A stretch of 64,000 nt of DNA from Vicugna vicugna (lineage: Eukaryota), in assembly GCA_013265495.1 (NCBI GenBank), contig MU057560.1, forward strand, positions 2,418,909 to 2,482,908. Direction: 5' to 3'. Every line of letters starts with the position of its first letter. Position 1 is the stretch's first letter. Position numbers and translations under genes: made by a program. Under the pieces are notes generated by a model. The model made no database searches. It saw only the letters and a program-made list of their open reading frames with translations, and was not told the DNA's origin. This document shows positions 44,781 to 55,743 of this stretch, piece by piece.

Positions 44781-47700
44781 GAGGTGTGTCCCTGTCTTCC
44801 TCTGTGACTGCGGGCCCGTCACGCCCAGATGCAGGGTTCCGACCCCTGATTCCAGCCCAGCCCCGCCAGCGGGGCTCCCGCTAAATGAGGATCTCCTCCC
44901 TGAGTTAGGAGCCTGCAGGTCCTGCTGAGAGGAGGGGAAGGAGACACTCATCTCTCTCAGAGCGGACTGGAGTTCAGGCTGGGACGGGACGCAGAGCACA
45001 CCTGCAAGGGCGCGTGGGCTGCAGGGCGGGCGGGGGCTGCGCCTCGCGGTCCCCCAGGCAGCGAAGTACCAAGGGGCGCAGCACTTCCGAGGCTGAAAAG
45101 GCCACGTTGCCCTGCACACCTGTCCTCTAAAAATCTATCTTAATCCCATGTCCTGATGTTCTGCCATCTGCCGACGCGCCTCCCTCCTCGGAAATAAGTC
45201 AGGCCGTGAATTAACGTCTGCTCCCGGACTCCGTGCGCCGCTGCCTCCCGTGGGCGCCGCCGCCGTCGGCCTCTCGCCGCCCTCCCAAAGCCCTCGCTTT
45301 GTTCCTCCACCTCCGCCTGCAAACATGCTTTATTGTCCTCATTAATCCCTCTACAGACAGCACCCCAAACTCTATTCCTTTTCAGGAAAATTAGAGCAAT
45401 TTTGAAAAGCCCCATTATTTTACACACATGAAATAGAAGGAGAGATTGTCCAATGGGCCGTGTCATCACCAAATTTAGATCTTCGCCAAGTCTCACTGTG
45501 ATGAAATGTGGACGTTTTTGAAATGGCAGCTTGGGCTCTGAGTCGGTGGTAAATGGGTCTGCTGGAGGGGACCCTGTGAGGCTGCAGAGGCAGCGCTTCT
45601 GGACGGTCACGAGCGGGGACCCTGCTCAGAGCCGAGGTCCCAATCCCCGGGTCTAACGCTCCCCTGGAAGGAGGCGCCCCGGCTGCGCTTCCATTCGCGC
45701 CAAGGGAAGTGGCCTGTGGGCGTCAGGAGGCAGCCCCTCCGGCAGGGCTGGCTTGCGAGGGGCGACTGCGGATCTGGGCTCTCTCCTCGGTGCTTGCACT
45801 TCCCCTCTGCCCTGCGAGACTTCCCGGGGCTGCCTCCAGTGCCTCAAACCGAACGGGCCCTAGAGGGGATCAGGAGGAGATGTGTCTGCAGACGGGCTTC
45901 CCGGCGTCATCTGGGCCGATGGCTCCTGTTTCAGGAAACGTAGGCTGGATTCTGTATCAAATGGAGTGAACGTTGCCAGAAGAGAAGATAAAAAATAGCA
46001 ATCAGGGAATACACAGCCTAATTTATTTACTCCCTAAGATTTGAGTTAGGAAGAAGTGTCATGGCGTTTTCTCACTGAATTGAGCTCCTCAAACTGGTTT
46101 TGGAGGGAACTCTAGGCCCCAGCTCTGCAGTGAGTCACTGCAACAAATGGTGGTGGGCAGAGGGCCCGCTTCACCAAAGCCATGGGTGTTACTGGGTGAC
46201 GGGGGCTGGTCTGGACGCTGACACCTGGAGTGGGGTCCGATCTGGGTGACAGGTCTGGGTGTGTGATGGAAGCTGCAGGTCAGATGGTTGGAACGGCCCT
46301 GAGCTGTGGCCTGGCAGACGGATCCCTGGTGGCCAAGCAGCCTGAGGAAGGGGCAGGGGCCGACTGGCCTTCTCCTGGCCTTGCACCGGGAGGCCCTGGT
46401 GGAGGGCTGCGGGTCTGTGGGTCTGAACAGAACTTGCTCCCAGTCAGAGATGCCTTGGGGGCCCTCCTCCCAGCGTGGCAGCCCCGTTGTCCCCGGGAAA
46501 TTGGTGTCTGGGGCCAGATTCGCACACACAGACTCACAGAGTGCGTACTGTGTGCTGGGGATGCGGGGCGCTGGCTGGGGCCTGGGGCGGGAGCTCGGGC
46601 AGCACCTGGCTGTACTGCTGCTGGGAGCCAGCTCGACTCCGGAGCCAAGCCGTGCCCAGGCTTCTTCTGCCAGGGGCAGTGGTAGGGGCGGTGGGGGGCC
46701 CAGCATGTGGGTGGCTACCTTCCCACAAGCTCTGAAAGCCGGATTCTGCGGGTGACGTTAACGCCTGTGCCCAGGGCGGTGTCACAACCACATCTCTGTT
46801 AGAAACCTTGCTTGCTAGAGCTGGGGGGCAGTGTGAAGGGGGGAGAGGACCTGGGGGGGCTGGGGTGTCCATGCTGGGTTACGTCTGTACCAACAGCATG
46901 AGGAGATGGAAGCAGATGTGGGAATCATGTAAGAGCTGAACAGCTAGCTGGACGTGAAGTGAAGACGCAGAGAGAGCGCTCTCGGACCCCCTGTGCCGCT
47001 GTCTTTGGCTTTTGGACAGACAGGGGTCTCTTACTGAAGAGGGAAGCAGAGAGGAGGGGGTGACTCTGGGGAATCTGAGTTTGGGTTCTGAGAAGCCTTC
47101 CTGGTGCCATTGCGTCGGGAGCCGTGTGTCCGTCTGGACTGGAGGGACAGGAGAGGATGGGCAGGGGGGTGCGTGTGGTAGCAGTTGTGAACCTGAATGA
47201 GACCTTCCTGTGGACCTTCTGGAGTGAGTGTGGAAGGTTCAGGATGGACTCCGGGGAACAGCAGTGTGCATGAGACAGAAACAGAGGAGGCCCTGCAACC
47301 GAGACTGAAAAGAGGTAGGAAGTGGATCAGGAGAGCGCGGTTTCCTGGAAACCAGAAGAGGAGCGAACAGGAAGGAGCAGAGCAGCCGCTCAGAGGCGGG
47401 AGCAACACCGCGTGCAGAGGCGGGTCTGGCCAGCATCCCTGCCGTGCGGGGCTGGAAACAGCACGTGAGGAAGTGACCCCCCTGCCTGAGCAGAGGTGGG
47501 GACGGAAGGTGGTGGCAGGAAAGGGGTGTGGGCGCGAGAGAAGCGCTTGTCTCTGTTCTCGCTCCTGAGAAAGGAAGGGCTGGGCACGCGACCTCGAGCA
47601 TCTAAACTCCTGAGATCAAGGAGGAGGTGGAAGTGAAGGTCAGTGCCAGCAGGGAAAGTGAGCCAGGCAGCCTGCGGGCTGGGGACCTTCTGGGAAGCGG

Positions 47701-47949
47701 GGGCGGGGAACGGACAGCAACGCTGGACCCGTCGGGGGCACGAGAGCGGGGAGTCTTCCTTGTTTGCTCGCTTTTGGGCTGTGCGAGACCCGTGGGGAAT
47801 GCCCTCGGCGTTGAAGTCTTCACTTTGGGGGGGTTCACTCGTCTTTCACAACGTTTCCTTGGGTGCCAGCTCTGCTCAGAGCTGGATGTGCGTTGCTGAG
47901 CCAACACCAGGCCTTTCTTCCTACAAGGGGAGAGGATCAGAGTCCGTTC

Positions 47950-48430
47950 TTCTCCCCATACCCGCTTTTCCCTTCTTCCTTCGTTGTGAACCTTAAATTC
48001 TCAGCTGGACACATGGCCATCTAAATAAAGATCCTGTCTCCTGGCTTTCTTGGTATGGAGGGTGGTCTTGTGGGTGGGCTCTGACAAAGGCGTAAGCAGA
48101 ACGGTTGTGTTCAACTCCAGACGGGGCCATTTCAAGGAAGGGGCATGTCTGTTTCAGTCTCTTTTTCTTCCTGCTGGAATGTGAATACAATGGCAGGAGC
48201 TCCAGCAGCCTTCTTGAAGCTGTGAGTTATGACTCACACGTAGGGGAAGGTAGAGCAACAAAATCAAGGGAATCCAGAGTCCCTGATGTTTGGGGAACTA
48301 TCAGGTCTGCCCTAGATCATATATCTCTGAATTAACTTTATCTGAGATAAAAATAAACTCCTTTCTTCCTTAAGCCCCAGTTATTTGGGGTTTCCTTCAC
48401 TCACACAGCTGAAGTTATCCCAAATAATAC
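47950..48430 (+). mobile_element. MaLR LTR (MLT1J/K-like)
   Basis: CTTCCTGCTGGAATGTGAATACAATGGCAGGAGCTCCAGCAGCCTTCTTG...GAGTCCCTGATG...AAAATAAACTCC...TAAGCCCCAGTTATTTGGGGTTT...CAGCTGAA...AAATAATAC. Confidence 0.8.
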
Positions 48431-48830
48431 GGAGAGACAGATAACAATTGTATAAACAAATAAACAACTTGCGATAACTGATCTGATGGACGTGAATGTC
48501 ATGTAGCGATACAGACTTAGTGGGCAGGAGGAAGGGAGTCCACAGAAAAGACTGTCAGAAAAGGTTTCATTAAAAACAGATCTTAGAGGGGGAAAGGAGT
48601 GATGGCTACAGAGACAGCAGGAGAGTGTCCTGAGCAAAAAGGATGCTGTTTCATGTGGTCACACGTGAGCCGGGGCACAGATGACAGGCGTCGGGATTAC
48701 TGTTGATAAATTATAATAAAATGCACCTCTGAGGACTTACAGAACCCTTGCAGGAGACGAAAACCCACTGAAGCTCAGTTAGCCTCCAACAGGGGCTTTC
48801 GTGGCTCCCGCGACCCACCTGCAGGAAGGC

Positions 48831-48886
48831 CAGGTGAACACACGCGGGTGAACACACCCAGATGAGCACACGCAGGTGAACACATA
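48831..48886. repeat. Short minisatellite, 14-bp unit x 4
   Basis: CAGGTGAACACACG / CGGGTGAACACACC / CAGATGAGCACACG / CAGGTGAACACATA. Confidence 0.85.
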
Positions 48887-51229
48887 TGCTCTCCTGGACT
48901 TCGGGTTCCTGCTCTTGTATCAGCTTCTCCAGGAGCTGGTGCAACGGCCCTGCCACTTCCTGCTCTGAAGTCTACTACTTCATGACCTGAGAGAACTATT
49001 TCTCTCTCTGTCTAGATTTAAAAACCTCTAGAACGGCAGGTAAACTGTATCTTAATTTGAAAAGAAAAACAAATTTAAGAAAACAAGTCTCTGTGGTGGT
49101 TAATGGCACGTGTCGGTCTGGCTGGGCTGAGGGACCCCGGGAGCCGGGGAGCGCGTTTCTGGTGTGTCTGCACAGGTGCTTCTGCAGGTTAGCCCCTGCC
49201 TGACGACCCCGTGAGGAGGGTGGCCCTCCCGGTGCGGACGGGCACGCGTCTCTGTCCCAGCGCTCCCCAGCCCTGGCGCCTTGAAGAAATAAGACAACGT
49301 ATGTAAACACTTGGCACGCGGGGACAATTAATGAACGCTGACGTTCATCAACAACTCTGAAAATAGGTCCTTTCGAACTTCATTTTGCAGAGAACAGAAG
49401 TGAATCTCAAAGAAGTCCCGCAGAGTGTGTTGTAGAAAGGGGGTTGGAACCCAGTTCTCTCTAATTTCCAAGCCCCTTCGCGTCCACTTGTACCCCAACC
49501 CCGGGCTCCTGGAGACAGTGGCTGTGACAAGTGTCAGGGTCGCTGGGGCCTCCTTTCCCATGTGACCAGTGTTTCGGTCCGGCCTCCCATGGATCCCTCC
49601 TCCGGTCACCACACCTGCTTCCCAGTGGGAACACCACTGCCGAGGGCCCCCGCGGGCTGGAGGAGGACCCCCGTCTGGCCTGCCTGACCCCTGCCCTCCC
49701 CGAGTCACGTGGCCCCGTGGGGCTGACGTCGACCCCAGGAAGGTGGTCCATTCAGACTCGGACACTGTGGTGTGAACTTTCTGGACACGCTACTGACTTC
49801 CCTGGACTTCCCTGATGCCGGCAGCCAAGAAGAGGCTGGTCTGACCTCCAGGTCCCCTCCGAGGACGGGAAGGGATCAGACCAGAGCATGGCCAGTCCCC
49901 AGCACCAGAGAGCCCCGGGCAGAGGCAGCCACGCTGGGCAGACGCCCGGGGCGAGCCGGAGAGGCCGGGTGGTCCAGTGCGCTTCCTCAGACAGAAGCCA
50001 GTCTGGCCAGTGGAAATGGGGAGTTTCTCGCAGGAGGCACGGTTTGTGCAGGTCCCCAGCCAGCTCAGCTCCACCGGGACAGGCATTTCGGGTCCAGCGC
50101 CGAGGAGGTCAGGCTCGCCTGCATGGGAGCCAGTGACCCCGCCTGGAGCCCACTCCCTCTAGCCAACGGCGTTGGGCTTTGGGTCTAAGACCAGTGTCCC
50201 GTGGCCTGAGCTGCCCTGTGGCCACTGAGACACAACCTTCCCTAACCCTCTCGGGTGGCCAGTGGGGGTGAACTGGCAGCTGCACTGGGCTCTGTCCCTG
50301 GCTGCCATCCACGGCAGTGCTGTGCCTGGAAACTTCGCCCTGGGTGGGGCTGTGGCCACAGTCACTGCCGCGCTGGGGTTGGCAGGCGGCGGGGACAACT
50401 GAGAGGTGCCACGTGTCAGCGCGGGCCCAGCGGTGAGGCTGCGGGGGCTTTCACACCGCAGCCTGTTGCTTTTATTTCATGGTTTTCTGGAAATGTGCCC
50501 TGACTTTTATACGCTTCCTAATATGTTTTCCAAATTTGAGCAAAAGAAAAAATTGTTCTGAAATTTTCTTATTCCCTAGGCTCATATAAAACAATCTGCA
50601 TTTATGGGTATCTAAAGAGATAACATTCTTCCAACTATTATTACTGGCTGGGCTTAAACTGCATGTAAATTAAATTGCTGAAATGAGGATAAATATAACA
50701 TAGTCAGTAGTGAGATTTATCCTCTGTAATGTACAAAAATATTTTAATTTAGAATTTTCCTCAGTTAAACCTTGCTTTTACGGCATTACATCAGAAATTA
50801 ATACACTATAGTCTCTCTTTCTCACTGAAATACACTTTCTAACAAACCAAACTTTTTTGGTATATATTTCTAAATTTTCTAGACAGGTGACCACTTCCTG
50901 GATACTCTTGCTTAATTTGGAGACACATGCCTGTGACTTAACTCTGATACAATGTTGGCTTGCCTTAAAAGTTTAAGCTCTTTAAGTTTATTCTGGTTTT
51001 ATCCAGCCCACAGAGGTTTTCCACTGTTTGGAATGATCAGAGAGAGCATGGGGCCTTTGCAGCTAAACCAGGGAGAGGCCACATGCGGGAGTCCCCAGAG
51101 ATGCTGAAAGCAGGGACAGCACATAGGATCTTGGGGGAGAGACTTCCCTGACCGCGTGCAGCTGGGCCCAGGCTCTCCCGAGGAGCAGAGACCCAGCGCA
51201 GAGCCGCGGGCCGTCTCCCCGAGACTCAC

Positions 51230-51274
51230 CGGAACTGGATAGAAACCCTGTGCTCACATCTGAGGACATGCAGA
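51230..51274 (-). other. Candidate short cassette exon (45 nt, or 30 nt from an inner acceptor)
   Basis: Minus strand has CTAAC branch-like motif, a TC-rich tract, CAG acceptors at 51275-51277 and 51260-51262, and donor CCG|GTGAGT. No host gene identified. Confidence 0.3.
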
Positions 51275-51277
51275 CTG

Positions 51278-51342
51278 AGAGACAGAGAGACAGAGGGAGA
51301 GAGAGGGAGAGACAGAGAGACAGACAGTGTTAGAGACAGAGA
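51278..51342. repeat. GA/GACA-rich simple repeat
   Basis: Seen directly in the sequence. Confidence 0.9.
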
Positions 51343-51569
51343 GCCGGGGCTGCCCCAGCGCTCAGAGGGGACCCCAGATGACAACTCGCCATGTCGGGGG
51401 GCCGTGGGGACGCTGCCCGGGGCCTGCAGGGGAGGAGGAGACCAGCCCTGCTGGGATTCATGGGGAACCTTCACAGGGGAGAAGCGACCACAGCTGGCGC
51501 CTGGAGGGAGGCTGTCCCCTCAGAGCAAACAGCGTACCTGAACTGGAGGCTGGTGTGTGGTGACGAGTC

Positions 51570-51815
51570 GCGCTCCGCGGGTCAGCTGCCTGCAGCTGCC
51601 CACCCTCCTCGGGCGTGACCCCTCCAACCCCCTCTCCTTGTCACATCACGTCCTCTGACTCCCCACCCCCCGTGGAGACCCCGCGGTTGTAGTGGGCCCA
51701 CCAGACAGTCAGGATCATCTTCCACCTCTAGACCCTTGACTTCACCGCATCTGCAAAGTCCCCTTTGCCCGAGGGCTCCCCGGAGGGGGCGGGGTGTCTG
51801 GGGCGGACGCTCGTG
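51570..51815 (-). mobile_element. MaLR LTR fragment (MLT1C/D-like)
   Basis: GGGCCCACCAGACAGTCAGGATCATCTTCCACCTCTAGACCCTTGACTTCACCGCATCTGCAAAGTCCCCTTTGCC. Confidence 0.7.
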
Positions 51816-54424
51816 GTGGCCCTGGAGCGTGGGGTGCAGCACGTGGCTGTGCACACACACCCGGAGGACAGCGCGGGCCCCCACTTCCTTCCCAGCCTGT
51901 GGCTGGACTTACAGGGGAGTCGGGGAGGCCACGTGCCGACGACAGCAGGTCAGCGGTGTGCACCCTCTCTCTGAGAATGAGGTCAGGGGAAGCCTTCGGT
52001 GCCCCTGCTGGGGCTGGAGCCACGGTCTCCTCCAGGTGCCTTCGTGTTTCATCTACTGTGTCATTTCTGACCTGGGATCCGGGATGGCCTCTCGTCCGTG
52101 TCTACATGGGGACACTGAGATGTCTGCCCTCCAGGAATATCGCTGACAGGCTCAAGGTCGCCGAGCCCAGCATGGGGCCAGCACGAAGCCCCAGCTTTCC
52201 TGGAGGGCAGCCGGCACGTCTCACTCTCAGATTTGTAATTTTCTCTTTTTGCTGTGACGTGTGCTCGTGGAAGGCGTCCGGCCTCCGGGCCAGGAGGGAG
52301 GTCTGGGTTTCTGTCCCACGTCTTGCCAAGCGGGTCACGCCCACGTTGCTGATGGGGAGGATTAAGGCACCAAGGAGTGCAGACCCCCAGCCGCACTCTG
52401 GCTCACGGGTGGGAGTGGGGCCGCCCCCCTCCCGCCCCTTCCCTGGCCTCAGCCATTTGCAGTGTGAGGCCGGCGCTGGGGGGGAACAGTGTTTCTTCCC
52501 TGGCGTTTCATCTCCACCTGCAGAGAGCTCTGTCTCTCCCGGAATAGCTCAAGTAGGCTGTGACCTCGGCAAGCACCCCTGAGAGGCTCTTGAGGGGCCT
52601 TGAGAAACTGCACAGAAGGCGCGGTGCATCTGGCCTGGATCTATTATTCATGCGCGCATGTTTCAGAGAGCACGGTAATTTAGAGGCTCTCGGAGAGCGC
52701 TCCCTGCCGCAGCCATAAACCACGTTTCATGTGCTCCGGGGGAAAACGATCTTCCCCTTGCTCCAGCGAGGGGTCACGCGGGGGACTCGCACAGATGGAG
52801 CAGAGGGGCAGGAGGCGGCCGGAGGCGGGCCAGGGCTTCTGCCAAGGACTTCCAGACCCCGCGCTGGGGCAGGGCCACTCCAGCTGCTCCTGGGTGACCT
52901 TCCGAGCTTTGTTCTTCTCATTTGTGAGATGGGACTCCGGCTCGAGGCGTCCTGAGGACCGCAGGGTCAGTCTCCCCGCCTCCCACCCCCCGCCCCCACA
53001 GCAAGGGACTTAAAGCTCCCCCCAGGTGCCCCCAACGAGGTGACTGACGCCTGTCTTTCCTGTTTCAGAAACCAGCGTCGGTACACGCACGGCACCTGGA
53101 ATACTGAGCCAGGGCTATATTTTATCTGTGTATTTATTTCCCTCTTCACAGCCCCCACGTGGAAAAGGCAAGGCTTTCATGTCTACGGAGAATATGATAA
53201 ATACAGAAGCACAGATTTCCCCAGAAAACACAGCGCTGGGCTGGCAAGTTGACAGGCACAAACATGTACGGCTCATCCAAGTGGGTGGAGATGAAAACGG
53301 AAATCAGGCAAGAGGCTGACATCCCCTTTCAGACGCCGGTAACAGCCTGGGGGAAAAGCACAGGAATGTGGGAGGTCAGGCCAGGGCCAGTTTGCAGTTT
53401 CACGCTTTTGCTGCGATGAGGCGGGGGTCCGTGGGGTGCCCAGGCCCCTCCTGCCGCAGAGCCAGTCCTGTTGCTCCTCCCTGAAGCCCGGCTCCTCTCC
53501 AGAAAGCGAGCAGCATCGTTCTGCACCGAGCAGACGGCGCCGTGCGTCAGCGGGGCCTCCGCCCCAGCCGCCCCCGGGAACGAGGGGCCCCCGCCGGCCC
53601 AGGGCCCGGGCTCTCGCGGGCTCCAGGAACTTCCGCATCCATCCACCCAGCCTTCAGAACCTCTTCTCGCCACTCGGCCTGGAGAAGCCCTCCCTGGAGT
53701 TCCTCCTGACACTCATGGTGGTCCCCTGATTACAAGTGGGGTCCAGGTGAGCGGAAGGCGCTCCCTGCCCTGCCCCTGACCGGTGATGCTGCCCTGGAGG
53801 TGGGGGGAGGGCCCGTCTGAGCAGAAAGTACCCCAACTGGTGGCACGACAACGAGAAGGAGCAGAGGGGCTCCGAAATGTGCACCTTAAGACGGTTGACT
53901 TTGTTCAAGGATTTCACTGCCATGAAAGTAGTAACAGCCCGTCACGTGAAGCAGCCTCCGACACCTTTAGACCTTTAGAGCCACCTGCAGGCCCGCGCAG
54001 GTGACCTTCCGACGGCCCTTCCCCGCGGGAGGGTGGATGGGTGCTCACCCAGGTCAGGGTCTGGTGTGCAGCTCGGGGCGGACGCTGTCCCACTGGGCAG
54101 GCATCCTCGACCGAGGCCAGGACGGTCTCCAAGAACAGCAGGTCCCTCGACTGGCACACCCGCTCCCCTGGCAGGTTTCCAGTTTGCACTGAGACTCAAT
54201 TTCTTGGCCGTAAAATCAGGACGTGCTGCTCTGAGTGGCGGCGGTGGTGTGTGGGTGAAGTAACCTGGTGACGTCAGGAGGCTCGTGAGGAGGGTGAGCG
54301 CCAGAAGCCTCTGAGTAAATGTTAGTTTTCCTTCCCAGCCTCCATGCCCCAAATTTACCATTTTTGCTCCTGTGATGTTTATTTACATGTCACATCCATG
54401 TTGAGTGATTGCTTGTTCCATCAT

Positions 54425-55040
54425 GGACACACCCCAGGGAGACCCCCAGTGAGTCCTGCTCTTAACAGCCCCCTCCCCTCACGTGGGCGGGCTCTGTGAC
54501 ATCCTTGTAACCAACAGGCAGGTAAAGACAGTGGGACTGTGTTGCAGGCTATGGAAAAGGTGAAGGAATGTCTCAGATGTAATAAGATCCCTAATCAGGT
54601 TGACTTAGAGTGAATCGAGAAGACCACCCTGGTGGGCCTGGCCTAATCAGGAGAGCCCTTTCCAAAGGGGCGTGGACCCTCCGGGGTTCAGAGACTGGAA
54701 GCAGCAGAGTCACCTGCTGGCCTTGAGAAGCCAGCTGCCGCCTTGTGAGGAGGGAGCTGCGGGTGCCTCTGGGAGGTGAGGGCCCCCTTGGCTGACGTCA
54801 GTCCCGCAGTCACAAGGAGCTAAATTCTGACAATAACCATGTGCGCTCGCAGGAGACCCGAATCCAGAAAGGAACACACTCAGCTGAAACCGTGACTGCA
54901 GCCTGGGGGGACCCTGGGCAGAGGGCCGGCTCAGCCAGCCCAGACCCCCGACGGCTGGCACTGGGAGGTGATAAATGCGAGTTGTTTTGAGATGCTAAGT
55001 CTGTGACAATCTGTTACATGAGGGCAGATCACCAGTGACA
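54425..55040 (+). mobile_element. MaLR LTR (MLT1E-like), near full length
   Basis: CAGATGTAATAAGATCCCTAATCAGGTTGACTTAGAGTGAATC...GGTGGGCCTGGCCTAATCAGG...CACAAGGAGCTAAATTCTGACAATAACCATG...GATAAATGCGAGTTGTTTTGAGATGCTAAGTCTGTGACAATCTGTTAC. Confidence 0.85.
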
Positions 55041-55743
55041 CTGTCTAAGCACATGTCTTCTGATTCTCATTGTTCATCGTCCTAACATGCAGGGTCTTAA
55101 AAACTGCCTCCACTACTCCTTCTGGAATTTCACGGACAAACACGGTGAGGAAAAGGAGATCAACATTATCTTCTTCTCAGTCGCACCTCTAAATACAGGT
55201 CCAAGACCACAAGCTCAGACCCGCACACCTGGGACCATGCTCACGGCTGACAGAGTTCTCTTTCCGTCTCTGTGGGGTTGGAAGGACTCTGGGGGGGTGA
55301 CAGATCTGACCTACCTTCTTAAGGTTTTGAATATTAATTTTTATCGTAAAATAAATGTGACAACACTTAACAAGTCCTATTTTTTACGTTTTCTTGGGAT
55401 AGAAAGGGCTTCTCTGAAAGCAAATGTTTGGGGCCTTCTGGACAGAAGATAACAGAACATCAACAAACACTACCTTAAAAAATGCTAGGGTCAGCTGTCA
55501 CGAAGCAGACAGGAGCTGCATTTAGGACTGCAAGAGGCATTGATTACTGATAAGCAGAGAGGGAGGGGAGGATACTGGGGCGGAAGAAACAGTGGGAGGA
55601 AGGGGGTGGAGGAAAGATTGTGCCAAAGCCAGGAGATTAATTTAGAGTTGAAGGTGGCCACAGGGGAGGGGAGTGCACACTGAGAGGAACCTGGAAGAGA
55701 GGGCCAGCACAGGAGGGCGACTTTAAAGAAGAAAGGTCACGCA

